A DNA stretch of 64,000 bases from Candidatus Multivoradales bacterium (GTDB lineage: Bacteria; Acidobacteriota; Thermoanaerobaculia; Multivoradales; J023): contig CBDFLE010000004.1 in NCBI GenBank assembly GCA_965248925.1, positions 220,748 to 284,747 on the forward strand. The letters are read 5' to 3'. Under the pieces are notes generated by a model. It worked only from the letters and a program-made list of their open reading frames with translations. It was not told where the DNA came from and searched no databases. The position numbers were made by a program, and so were the translations under genes. This document shows positions 1-9,100 of the stretch, piece by piece (the stretch's first letter is position 1; each line of letters opens with the position of its first letter).

Positions 1-413
1 TCCACCTCGGCGGCCCTCGTCTCGTAGTCACGCCGCTCCTTCGCCGCCGCGATCCTGGCGGCGATCTCGCTGGCCAGGTGCTCTCCCTTGCCGGGTCGCG
101 TCGGCAAGGCTTCTCTGGCCACATCGCGGAGGACTTGCTCCACCAGCGCCCGGTCCTTCTTCTTCGGGTCGCTAGCGTGGTTGAGAAACCACAGGATCAG
201 CGCCGCGGGCTCGAGGAAGCGGTGGTTGACCGCGGCCAGGAAGGCCGCGGTCAGCTCTTCGATCGGTGCGCTGGCAGAAAGCTTAATCTCAGCCAGGCTG
301 TCGATGCTGGAATGATTGAGTCGCTGGTTGGCGCCGGTGATCTGAGCGGCGATCTGGCGTACTGTCTGGTGGATCTGTTCGGTGGTCATAGGCTTTCTGG
401 ACAGAGTGGCCAT
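1..413 (-). CDS. Hypothetical protein of the module (155-aa family), runs off the window's left edge
   Basis: ATG at 413 with AGGAGG RBS; near-identical to the complete copies at 20003-20470 and 50039-50506. Confidence 0.75.
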   Translation of the reverse strand, partial: MATLSRKPMTTEQIHQTVRQIAAQITGANQRLNHSSIDSLAEIKLSASAPIEELTAAFLAAVNHRFLEPAALILWFLNHASDPKKKDRALVEQVLRDVAREALPTRPGKGEHLASEIAARIAAAKERRDYETRAAEV

Positions 414-438
414 TCTGGTGTTCCTCCTAGGTGATCTA

Positions 439-744
439 TTATTGGCGGATATTGACGCCGAAGCCGATGGCCATGGTTTCGATGGCTTGGGCCAGGGCGA
501 TGTGTTGCTCGGTGAGTTCGGCCTCCGGCGTGGCGGGCAACTTGAGGGTCAGCAAAGTGCCTCGTAGATGAACTTCGATCGTTGCCCTCTGACACACCAC
601 GAAAGCCAGGAGCTGGCGCAGGAACCGGTAGGCGGCGGGGAAGTCGACGAACTCTAGCCGCTGGGCAATAACTTGTGGATTGTCTTCGCTCTGGCGCCAA
701 TGTACTAGCCGCCCTAGCCCGAGCTGAATTCGTTCGGGTTTCAT
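439..744 (-). CDS. PCD/DCoH (pterin-4a-carbinolamine dehydratase)-like protein 2, catalytic HHP motif absent
   Basis: 101 aa with AGGAG RBS; W...I.....F.DF..A..F pattern and C-terminal LTE.HIALA.AIE helix typical of the PCD fold. Confidence 0.65.
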   Translation of the reverse strand: MKPERIQLGLGRLVHWRQSEDNPQVIAQRLEFVDFPAAYRFLRQLLAFVVCQRATIEVHLRGTLLTLKLPATPEAELTEQHIALAQAIETMAIGFGVNIRQ

Positions 745-762
745 TCACAATACTCCTTGAGG

Positions 763-1125
763 TCACGGTTCAAGAAAAAGCACCCTCCGGGCAGCAGGGG
801 CTGATTCTGCCCGGAGGGGAGTCGCCGTGGTTGGGGAGGGACCACCACGGCCATCACAGGGACTCAGGGAGCGAGCGAGGTCGAAATCTTCCGGCCGCAG
901 ACGGGCCGGCGCCGCCGGCCCGATCCGTACCGAGACCCAGCGGCCGACCATCGCGGCTCTGGGTTCTAGGTTGGTGAGTTCACCGCGATAGAACACCCAC
1001 TCGACGAAGATCAGAGAATCGCGCCAAGAATCAAAGAGATATTTGCGGGTGATCTTTTGTTGCCCTTTGATTTGTCGCCAAACGGGTAGGGCACTCAGGG
1101 CCTGTTGGATCTCTTCGTCGGTCAT
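763..1125 (-). CDS. PCD/DCoH-like protein 1, catalytic HHP motif absent
   Basis: EEIQQALSALPVW...KITRKYLFDSW...EDFDLARSL matches the PCD family pattern; NLEP sits where the family has HHP. Confidence 0.75.
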   Translation of the reverse strand: MTDEEIQQALSALPVWRQIKGQQKITRKYLFDSWRDSLIFVEWVFYRGELTNLEPRAAMVGRWVSVRIGPAAPARLRPEDFDLARSLSPCDGRGGPSPTTATPLRAESAPAARRVLFLEP

Positions 1126-1263
1126 CGCTTGCTCCGTGGGTCTAGGAGGATGGTAGGCGAAGGAAGGAGGGATTGAGCAGACATCCTGCTTTTCAAGCGC
1201 TCACTCCGCGCGGCCCGTCCCGTGATCGCCGGACTACCTTGCGGCTGGTTGATTCTGAGGCTT

Positions 1264-1316
1264 GAGGACTGTGAGTCCTCTTCATTGAGTAAGAGAGAGG
1301 ACTGAGAGTCCTCTCT
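1264..1316. promoter_or_regulatory. Tandem palindromic operator pair GAGGACT-N3-AGTCCTC between divergent genes
   Basis: Copies at 1264-1280 and 1297-1313 (second extends to 10-bp arms, 1294-1316), 33 bp apart; conserved at 51178-51227. Confidence 0.6.
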
Positions 1317-1408
1317 GTCCAAAAACTCCGTCGTTCTTGCTGTCGAGGCCGCGGAGAGCCGTTGGTTGCGATACTCTTTGGGCCTAATCAATATCTCTGG
1401 AGGGAGCA

Positions 1409-2752
1409 ATGTTTGGCGAATCAGCGAGCGAGCAGCACCAGCGATGCCTAGAAACGCTGAAGGCCCATGTGCGACGGCATCCGATGTCGGTAAGGGAGAT
1501 CGAGCGGCGCCTGGGATATTCTCCGTCCTACTTGCACCGGATCCTTCGTGGCAAAGTAGGGTTGTCGTTTGAGGGCTTGTTGCAGCTGCTCGAAGTGGTG
1601 GATATGAGCTTCGAGGAGCTGGCGATCAAGACGGCGCGAGTGGATGCCGAGGGATTGTTGGAGAGAGCCTTACCTCCGGGCACGGTAGATCCGCCAGAAA
1701 TTGAGCAGTTGTCGTTAGTAGCAACTCAGCTCATCGAAGGTGATCTTGTTAGAACAGCACCCGATTCAGCATGTCAGGCGCTATTTCAGGCGGTGAGTGA
1801 AGCTGATGAGCAGCGCTACTCGGACCCCTGGTTAGCCGCTGAAAAGGCGTGGTCAATCGCAGCTTGTGTAGCGCCTAGAATAGCCGGCAGATCGGCGCTG
1901 GAACTCTGCTGTGGAGCGATCAGTGTTTACGGGTCTTGCTGCCGAATCGGCGGAGCTGCTCAGCACGCGATTCGCGCGTTGATTTCTGTTAGCCAGCTCG
2001 TTCGATCGTGCGGGCTGAGCCATCGGGCGGATTGGCTTCTTCGGGCCGCCTCGGCATTGAATAGTCACGGTGAGCATGAAGCTGGGCTGGAACTCGGCAT
2101 TGTGGCTGGAGAGATCTTCGAGAGGTTGGGGGACAGTGCGGGTGTAGGCTCGGCTCTCATCAGCAAGGCTATCTCGATGGTCTTCTTGAAGGACAATGAG
2201 CGAGCGGCGACGACCTTCCACTCTGCGCTTCTTCATATTCCGTCGAAGGGCTATTCTCGTCGGCTGATGGCAGCTCATCATGGTCTGGCGAAGTTGCTGG
2301 TCGAGCAAGGGGATTTGGAGGAGGCTAGATCACATATTGTGTCTGCATCGTCAGAGGTCCAAGCGTCGGACACCTACAGTCGAGGCATGCTGGCCCGGAC
2401 CATGGGCAACTGGCATTGGAAGAAAGGACATAGGGAAGAGGCAATAGAGGATTTGCGCTCAGCGGAGAAGTGCCTTGTGGAGATCAATCCCTTCGATACG
2501 GCTTTTGTCGTACTCGACCAGATCGGGTTCTGCCTGGAAATTGGCCGACTCCAGGAAGCGATCAAGGCTGCCGAGGAAACGTCCGACCTGATCGAGCTGT
2601 TCAAGTCCAATCCGATGGCAGGTGGCATTCTTTTGAGGCTTCGAGACGCTGCCCAGAGGGGAAGGCTGAGCATGCGTCTGATTGAGATCGCCCGGAGAAG
2701 GATGGCCGGCAGGCGGCCTTTCGGAATCCGCCCGCCGGCAACATTTAATTAG
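1409..2752 (+). CDS. XRE-type HTH + TPR regulator (receptor A)
   Basis: N-terminal HTH (SVREIERRLGYSPSYLHRILRGK), TPR-like helical repeats (AHHGLAKLLVEQGDLEEA), GGAGGG RBS. Confidence 0.85.
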   Translation: MFGESASEQHQRCLETLKAHVRRHPMSVREIERRLGYSPSYLHRILRGKVGLSFEGLLQLLEVVDMSFEELAIKTARVDAEGLLERALPPGTVDPPEIEQLSLVATQLIEGDLVRTAPDSACQALFQAVSEADEQRYSDPWLAAEKAWSIAACVAPRIAGRSALELCCGAISVYGSCCRIGGAAQHAIRALISVSQLVRSCGLSHRADWLLRAASALNSHGEHEAGLELGIVAGEIFERLGDSAGVGSALISKAISMVFLKDNERAATTFHSALLHIPSKGYSRRLMAAHHGLAKLLVEQGDLEEARSHIVSASSEVQASDTYSRGMLARTMGNWHWKKGHREEAIEDLRSAEKCLVEINPFDTAFVVLDQIGFCLEIGRLQEAIKAAEETSDLIELFKSNPMAGGILLRLRDAAQRGRLSMRLIEIARRRMAGRRPFGIRPPATFN

Positions 2753-2808
2753 CCGCTGGGATCGATGGATCCACCGTATTGCGGCCCTACTGGCTTGGTT
2801 TCTAACAT
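2749..2808 (-). CDS. Small peptide MLETKPVGPQYGGSIDPSG (19 aa), putative ligand of receptor A
   Basis: Hand-translated; AAGGGAG RBS upstream of ATG; stop overlaps the receptor stop (TTAG); homologues in the same position after the other two receptors. Confidence 0.8.
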   Translation of the reverse strand: MLETKPVGPQYGGSIDPSG

Positions 2809-3079
2809 CTGATTTCTCCCTTGAAGTGCGAGCAAGCTGGGCCACTTAATTGCGCCCGCTGCCCGCTACAGGCCCAAGCTACAGCGCTTCCCAAACAGAT
2901 CCTTTGGTTGAATGCTCATCAGAGGGCGATGGAGGCCGTGAACACGGCTTGAGTGCGAGTAGATTCAAAGCGCTCGTAGACTGTTTAGGGCTAGTGAGTA
3001 GCTCCGTGCGAGGCCCGCCGAAGGGTGCTTCTCTTGCGTTTTGGGCAGCAGAACCTCTGTCATTCAGTGATCTGAGGGG

Positions 3080-3143
3080 AAACGGTTCATTTCGAGCTTG
3101 CACAAATGAACCGTTTGGTCTCAGCGGTGGACTTGCCTACAGT
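3080..3143 (+). promoter_or_regulatory. 13-bp perfect inverted repeat followed by a putative sigma70-like promoter of rhs
   Basis: AAACGGTTCATTT-N11-AAATGAACCGTTT (3080-3116); TTGGTC(3115)-N17-TACAGT(3138), 6 nt before ATG 3150; identical at 52996-53059. Confidence 0.55.
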
Positions 3144-3149
3144 CTTCCG

Positions 3150-6100
3150 ATGCCAAAACAGCTATCTCTGCGCTCTCTCCTCGTCCTCCAAGCCTCTCTC
3201 GGTGCCCTCCTACTGTCGGCGAGCGCCGCTCAAGCGGCGCCTGCCTTTATCTCGGTAACCCCCGCCGACGGCACTCTGTCGAGCGCCGCGACGGTGACTC
3301 TGACTATCGAAGTGCAGGCCGCGACCAGCTTGCAGGTGGATGGCCAAGCGGTCACCACGGTTGATCCCTCGGGGACGGTGTGGACCGCTGGTCCTTACTC
3401 GTTGAGCGAGGGGGAGCGGGTGTTGGTGTTGATTGCCGAGGACGCTTCCGGGGTGCAGGCTCAGCAGCTGCACCGGGTGGTGCGGGACTCGCTGGCGCCG
3501 GTGCTGAGCCTGAGCCAGCCGGCGGCGGCGGCGATTGTCGCCAGCTCGCCGCTCACCGTGGCCGGCACGGCGGTGGATGCGCATCTGGCGGCGGTGCGGG
3601 TGGGGGGTCAGGTGGCGGCTCTCAGTGGTGCGAGTTTTTCGCACTCGCTGGTCTTGGTGGAGGGCGAGCAGACGTTCACCGTGGAGGCGAGCGACAGCCT
3701 GGGGCAGAGCGGGCAGCAGAGTGTGACGGTGACTCTCGATAGCCAGCCGCCGACGGTGGCGCTGTTGGAGGGAGCTCAGCCGTTGGCGGCGGATGCGCTG
3801 TTCAATCGCTCGGTGGTGCTGAGCTTCAGCGTCACGGATGCGACGGCTACGACGGTCGAAGCGCTGCTCGACGGCGCTTCTTTTGTCTCTGGCACGACGG
3901 TGAGCGGGGCGGGTTCGCATGTGTTCTCAGTGACCGCCACCGACGCGGCTGGCCAGCCGACTAGCGTCAGCCGGAGCTTTGAGATCGACCTGACGGCGCC
4001 GACTTTTCTCAGCTTCACGCCGAGCGATGGCACGCTCTTGGCAGGCTCGCAGGTGACCCTCAGCGGGGTGGTAGAGGGTGCGGCCGCGCTGAGTGTCGAG
4101 GGACAGGCGGCGAGCCTGGTGGGGCAGTCGTGGACGGCCGGGGCATTGCAGCTGATCGAGGGGGAGCGGGAGATTTCTATCGTCGCTACTGATCTGGCGG
4201 GCAATAGCGCCTCGTTCACCTTGCATTTGGAGCGCGACGCGACGGCGCCGCAGCTGATCGGCCTGGTGCCCAGTGTGGACTCGGTTTTGGCGACCTCGCC
4301 GGTGGCGATCAGCGGCACCGCGAGTGACGCCCACTTGCTGGAGGTGCGGGTGGGGGGCGAGCTGGCGAGCCTGACGGGCTCGCAGTTCAGCCAGCCGGCG
4401 GTGGCGCTGGTGGAGGGTGAGAATCTCCTGCCGATCGTGGCCACGGATCAGGTGGGCCATCAGGCGACGGCCGAGCTGCGGCTGGTGCTCGATACCCAAG
4501 CACCGACGCTGTCGCTGCTGGTGGCGGGGGTGCCGCTGCAGGGTGGCGCGGTGTTCGCCGGCCCGGTGACGCCTGAGATCTCGGCCAGCGACGCCACCGA
4601 GGTGGTGACGTCGGCGACTCTCGACGGCGCCACCTACTTGCCGGGCACGGTGATTGATGGCGATGGCTTGCATCAGCTGTCAGTGAGCGCCAGCGACGCG
4701 GCGGGCCATCAGGCGACGGTGCTGGTGAGCTTCAGCCTCGACCTGGCGGCGCCGGTGTTCGCGGATCTGGCGCCGGTGGCTGGCAGTGTGGACAGCGCTG
4801 CTCAGGTGACGCTGACCGGCCGCGCGCCGGGGGCGGTGTCGGTGTCGGTGGACGGGCAAGCGGCGACGCTGGCGGGGGATGGCTTTAGCGCCGGTCCCTT
4901 CAATTTGAGCGAAGGGGAGCGGGTGTTCTTGCTCGCCGCCACCGATAGCGGCGGCAACGTCACCCAGCTGACCCACCGCCTGACCCGCGACTCGACGGCG
5001 CCGCAGCTCACCCTCGGCCAGCCGGCGGCCGGATCCCTGCTGGGGAGTACCACGGTCGATGTCAGCGGCACGGCGAGTGATCCGCGTCTTGATCAGGTGA
5101 CGGTCAATGGGGTGCTGGCCGAAATCAGTGGCGGCGCTTTCCTGGCCCGTCAGGTGGCGCTTATTGAAGGTGACAATGTGCTCACGGTGGTGGCGGCGGA
5201 CACGGTGGGCAACGAGGTCCAAACGACCCGCTCGGTGACCGTTGATACGACGCCGCCGACGGTCGTCATCACCGACCCGGCCAGCGGCACGATCACCCCC
5301 GAGGCGGGGCTGACCCTGTCGGGCAGCGCCGCGGATCCTCATCTCGACCGGGTCGAGGTGGCGGGGGTGGGGGCGAGCCTGGTGGGTGAGCAATGGTCGT
5401 TGGCGGTGGATCTGCAAGAGGGCAGTAACACTTTCACCGTCGAAGCCTTCGACCCGCTCGGCCACAGCACCAGCGCCAGCGTCACGGTGACTCGCGACAG
5501 CTCGGCGCCTGAGATCCACATCGAGAGCCCGGCCGAGGGGCTTTACAGCCCAGCAGCGAATCTCACGGTCAGCGGCACGGTGGTCGCGGAGCCCGATTTG
5601 ACAGTGACGGTGGGCGGCGTGGCGGCGACGATTGCGGGCAGCAGCTGGAGCGCCGCCGCGGTGCCGCTAGTAGAGGGTGAGAACCGGCTGATCGCAAGGG
5701 TGACCGACGCCCTGGGCAACCAAGGCACTCACACGCGGGTGGTGTGGCGCGACAACCAAGCGCCGGAGTTTCTATCGTCGATCCCCGCCGCGGGGGCTCT
5801 CGAGCTGCCGGCCGGCAGCAGCTTCCGGCTGCGCTTCAGCGAGCCGTTGGCGGCGCCCAGCGGGGGCGCCTACAGCCTCAGCACCTTGGCCGGGCAAGCC
5901 CTGGCGAGCAGCGCCGAGATCGATGGCGACGACTTGGTGATCACCCCGCAGGCAGCACTGCCGTCGGCCACCGAGCTGCGCCTGGTGCTAGGGGCGGGGC
6001 TGGTCGATCGGGCGGGCAATGCTCTAGCGGCGGCTCATACTCTGGCTTTCACCGTGGTCGATGGCGGCTCCCCGGCGGCGCCGCAGCTCGACGCCTACGC

Positions 6101-9100
6101 TAGCTATCTCTGTGCGCCGGCTATCACCCTTGCCGGCAGTGCCGAGCCTGGTGCTTGGATCGAGGTAGATGGCGGGGCCTCAGTAGGAGCGGGGCAGGTG
6201 GCAGACGATGGCCGTTTCGCCATCAGCGTCGTGCTGCTGCCCGAGGGGCCGAATCACCTGACGGTGATCGCCGTCGACGCCGCGGGCAACCCCTCGCCCG
6301 CGACGAGCGCCGATATCGTCCACGATTGCACCGCGCCGGAGGTGCTGGGTGCCAGCCGGGAGGCGGCGGGATTCCGCATCGCCCTCAGCGAGACGGTCGA
6401 TCCGCTGACCTTGAGCGGCTCGGTGCGGGTGTACGACAGTGGCGTGGAGATCGCCGGCACGGTGAGCGCCGCGGTCAATGCTGGCGCTGGCGAGCTGATC
6501 TGGACGGCCACTGCGGCACTGCCATCCGTCGCTCTGCTGGTCGAGGTCGAAGGAGCTTTGGCGGACCTGGCCGGCAACCCGTTGGCTTTCCCCTACCGGC
6601 AACTCTTCGATATAGCGCTGGGCGGTAGCTTCTTCTCTGGCACCGCTATCGACGACGCCTCCGGCCGGCCGCTGGGCGGGGTGCGGGCGGTGGTGACGGC
6701 CAGCGACGGGGTGGCCCTGGCCGAGCCCTGGCCGGAGCAGACCAGCGGCGAGGACGGTCGCCTGGTGATCGCTCTGCCCGCCGGCACTCACGACGTGACC
6801 TTTGCCCGGCCGGGCTACACGCCGGTGTTTCGGGTGGTGACGACGGTCGACGGCCAAGGCACGGACGTTTTCGACCCTCGCCTGACGCCGGCCGCGGCGG
6901 CGGTGTCGATAGATGCATCGGGCGGCTTGGTGGAGGGCTCTTCCGAGGTCGGCACGGCGCCGCGTCTCACTCTTCCGCTCGCCGGCCTGGCGTCGGCTGC
7001 GGCGGTGCGCCTGACGGCGGTGGGCGGCCAGGGGCTGGCCGCCTTGCTGCCCTACGGCTGGGCACCGCGGGGTGCCGTCTGGGTGGATCTCTCGGCCGTG
7101 AATCTGGATAGTTCCGCGACCCTCGATCTGCCGGTGACCTCGGCCGACGGGACGGTCCTGGAAGCGGTGACTCTCGATCTCGCCACCCTGCAATGGCGTT
7201 CGCTGGGGGTGGTGACGGTGAGCGGCGGCGAGGTCACGATGACCGTCGACGGCGAAGGAGCCTGGGCGGCGGTGGAAGCCGACTCGGGAGCTTTGGCGCC
7301 GCCCCCGGCGGTCGCTGGCCAGATGCTGGGCTCCTCGGCCGCGCCGCCGTCCGGCGGGGTGACTAGCGCCAGCCTGAGCTTCGATCCCGAGGTGGTCTTG
7401 CCGACGCAGCGCAGCTGGGTACAGGTGCTCTACGGGCTGGCGGCGGAGGTGCCGAGCGGGGTGCCGCTGACTTTGTCGATCGAGGAGCGGCTGGAGCTAC
7501 TCGATGGCAGCGTGCGGCGGATCAGTCCCTACAGCGCCGATCTGGTGCTCTACCGCGATTCGCTGGGCGATCCGACCTCGAGGTTCCGCCTGCGGCCTTC
7601 GGCCGCGGCGCGCAGCCTGCCGGTGCGGCTAGGTGCCGAGCAAGTCAGCGTGCGGTCCTACGGTGATGAGACGGTGCGCGGCAACGTGCTCGGCCCCGAC
7701 GGCGGGGTGGTGTCGAGTGCCGAGGGCGATCAGGTGGTGTTGCCGACGGGAGCCCTCGAGGAGCCCACGGCGGTGACCCTGAGTCGCCGGACAGTGGCAG
7801 ATCTGCCGCTGGCTCCACCCGCTGGTGGCACGGTCGATGGCGTCTTGGAGCTGGACCTTGCCGGCCGCCGGCTGTTGCTGCCGGCTGAGTTGTCGTGGTC
7901 GCTGACCCCGGCACCGGCTGCTGGCACGCCGGGTTTGTTGCTAGGGGTGGTGGAAGTGGAAGGCGAGCCGCGCTATCGGGCGATTGCCGAGCTGGAAGCC
8001 ACCGCCACGGGCTGGAGGACCCAGGCGATTGACGCTGCCGATCTGGCCTGGCCGGGGGTGCTGGAAGGTGGTTTGTACGTTTTCTTGCGCCTCGATGCGG
8101 CACCGCGCTTTGTGCGGGGCATGGTGCTTGACCCAGGAGGTGCTCCGGTCGTGGGCGCGGTGGTCGAGTCGACGACGGTGCCTTGGCTCCAGATCTCAGC
8201 CGCCGAGGGTGGCTACGTGCTGCCGATTCTGCTGGATGCCGCCACTCTCAGCGCGCGGCGCGCGGTCACCGGCAACGCGGTGGCGGTGGCGCTGCCGGCC
8301 GGGGTGGCGGGGGAGCGGGTCGATCTCGATTTGCCGCTACAGATCGTGGCGCCGTGGGTCGAGCAGATCACTCCGTCAGCGGGCACCAGCGGAGTGTTGC
8401 TCGGGGTCAATCCAGTGGTGCGTTTCAGCGAGCCGGTGGATCGGGCCTCGCTCGATGGCGCTATCGAGCTGCGCCAGGGGGGCGTGGCGGTGGCGGTGGC
8501 ACTCGATCACCAGGGCGCCCTGGTCACCCTGCTACCGCAGGCGACGCTGGTGCCTGGCAGTGAGTACGAGGTCTGGGTGGGGGCGGCGGTGCGTGACTTG
8601 CAGGGCTATGGGCTGAGCGGCTCGGTGAGCGTGCTGTTTAGCACCGAGGTGGTGGCGACGCCGGCCGGGGTCGATCGCGGGCGGATCTTCCTGGTCGAGC
8701 CCGATGCCCAGGGGCTGGCGCGAGTGGAGGGCCTGGCGGGGGCGGCGCCGGCCGGCACGCTGGTCTTCGTTGAAAATCTGACGTCGTTCTCGACCACCGA
8801 GTCTGTACAGAGCGCGGGTGACGGTAGCTTCCTGCTGACGATCGGCGCCAGCCTCGAGGATCAGCTGCTGCTGCATGTGCTGATCGATGGGGGTAACGAG
8901 GTAGTGATCCTGCTGACTCCGTTCCTGGGCGCCGACCTGCGCACCGGCCTGGCGGGGACGGGGGCGGGGGAGTTTACGACCGCCGATGGAATCACCGTGC
9001 GTTACGCGGCTGGCACCTTCGCCGGGCCGTCCAGGGTGCAGGTGACGCCGATCGCCATGGGCACGCTCGCGGCGGCAGAAGACTTCAGCGAGCTGCTGAC

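Noticed and set aside
1122-1409. 95-aa minus-strand ORF with EDSQSS repeats (also 50946-51323)
   Set aside because: The repeat is just the translation of the two DNA palindromes, and the frame is not conserved at the 3' end between copies.
2850-3149. 100-aa N-terminal extension of Rhs A from the ORF track (also 52925-53065 in C)
   Set aside because: The extensions differ between the two copies and cover promoter-like DNA; the signal peptide begins at ATG 3150/53066.
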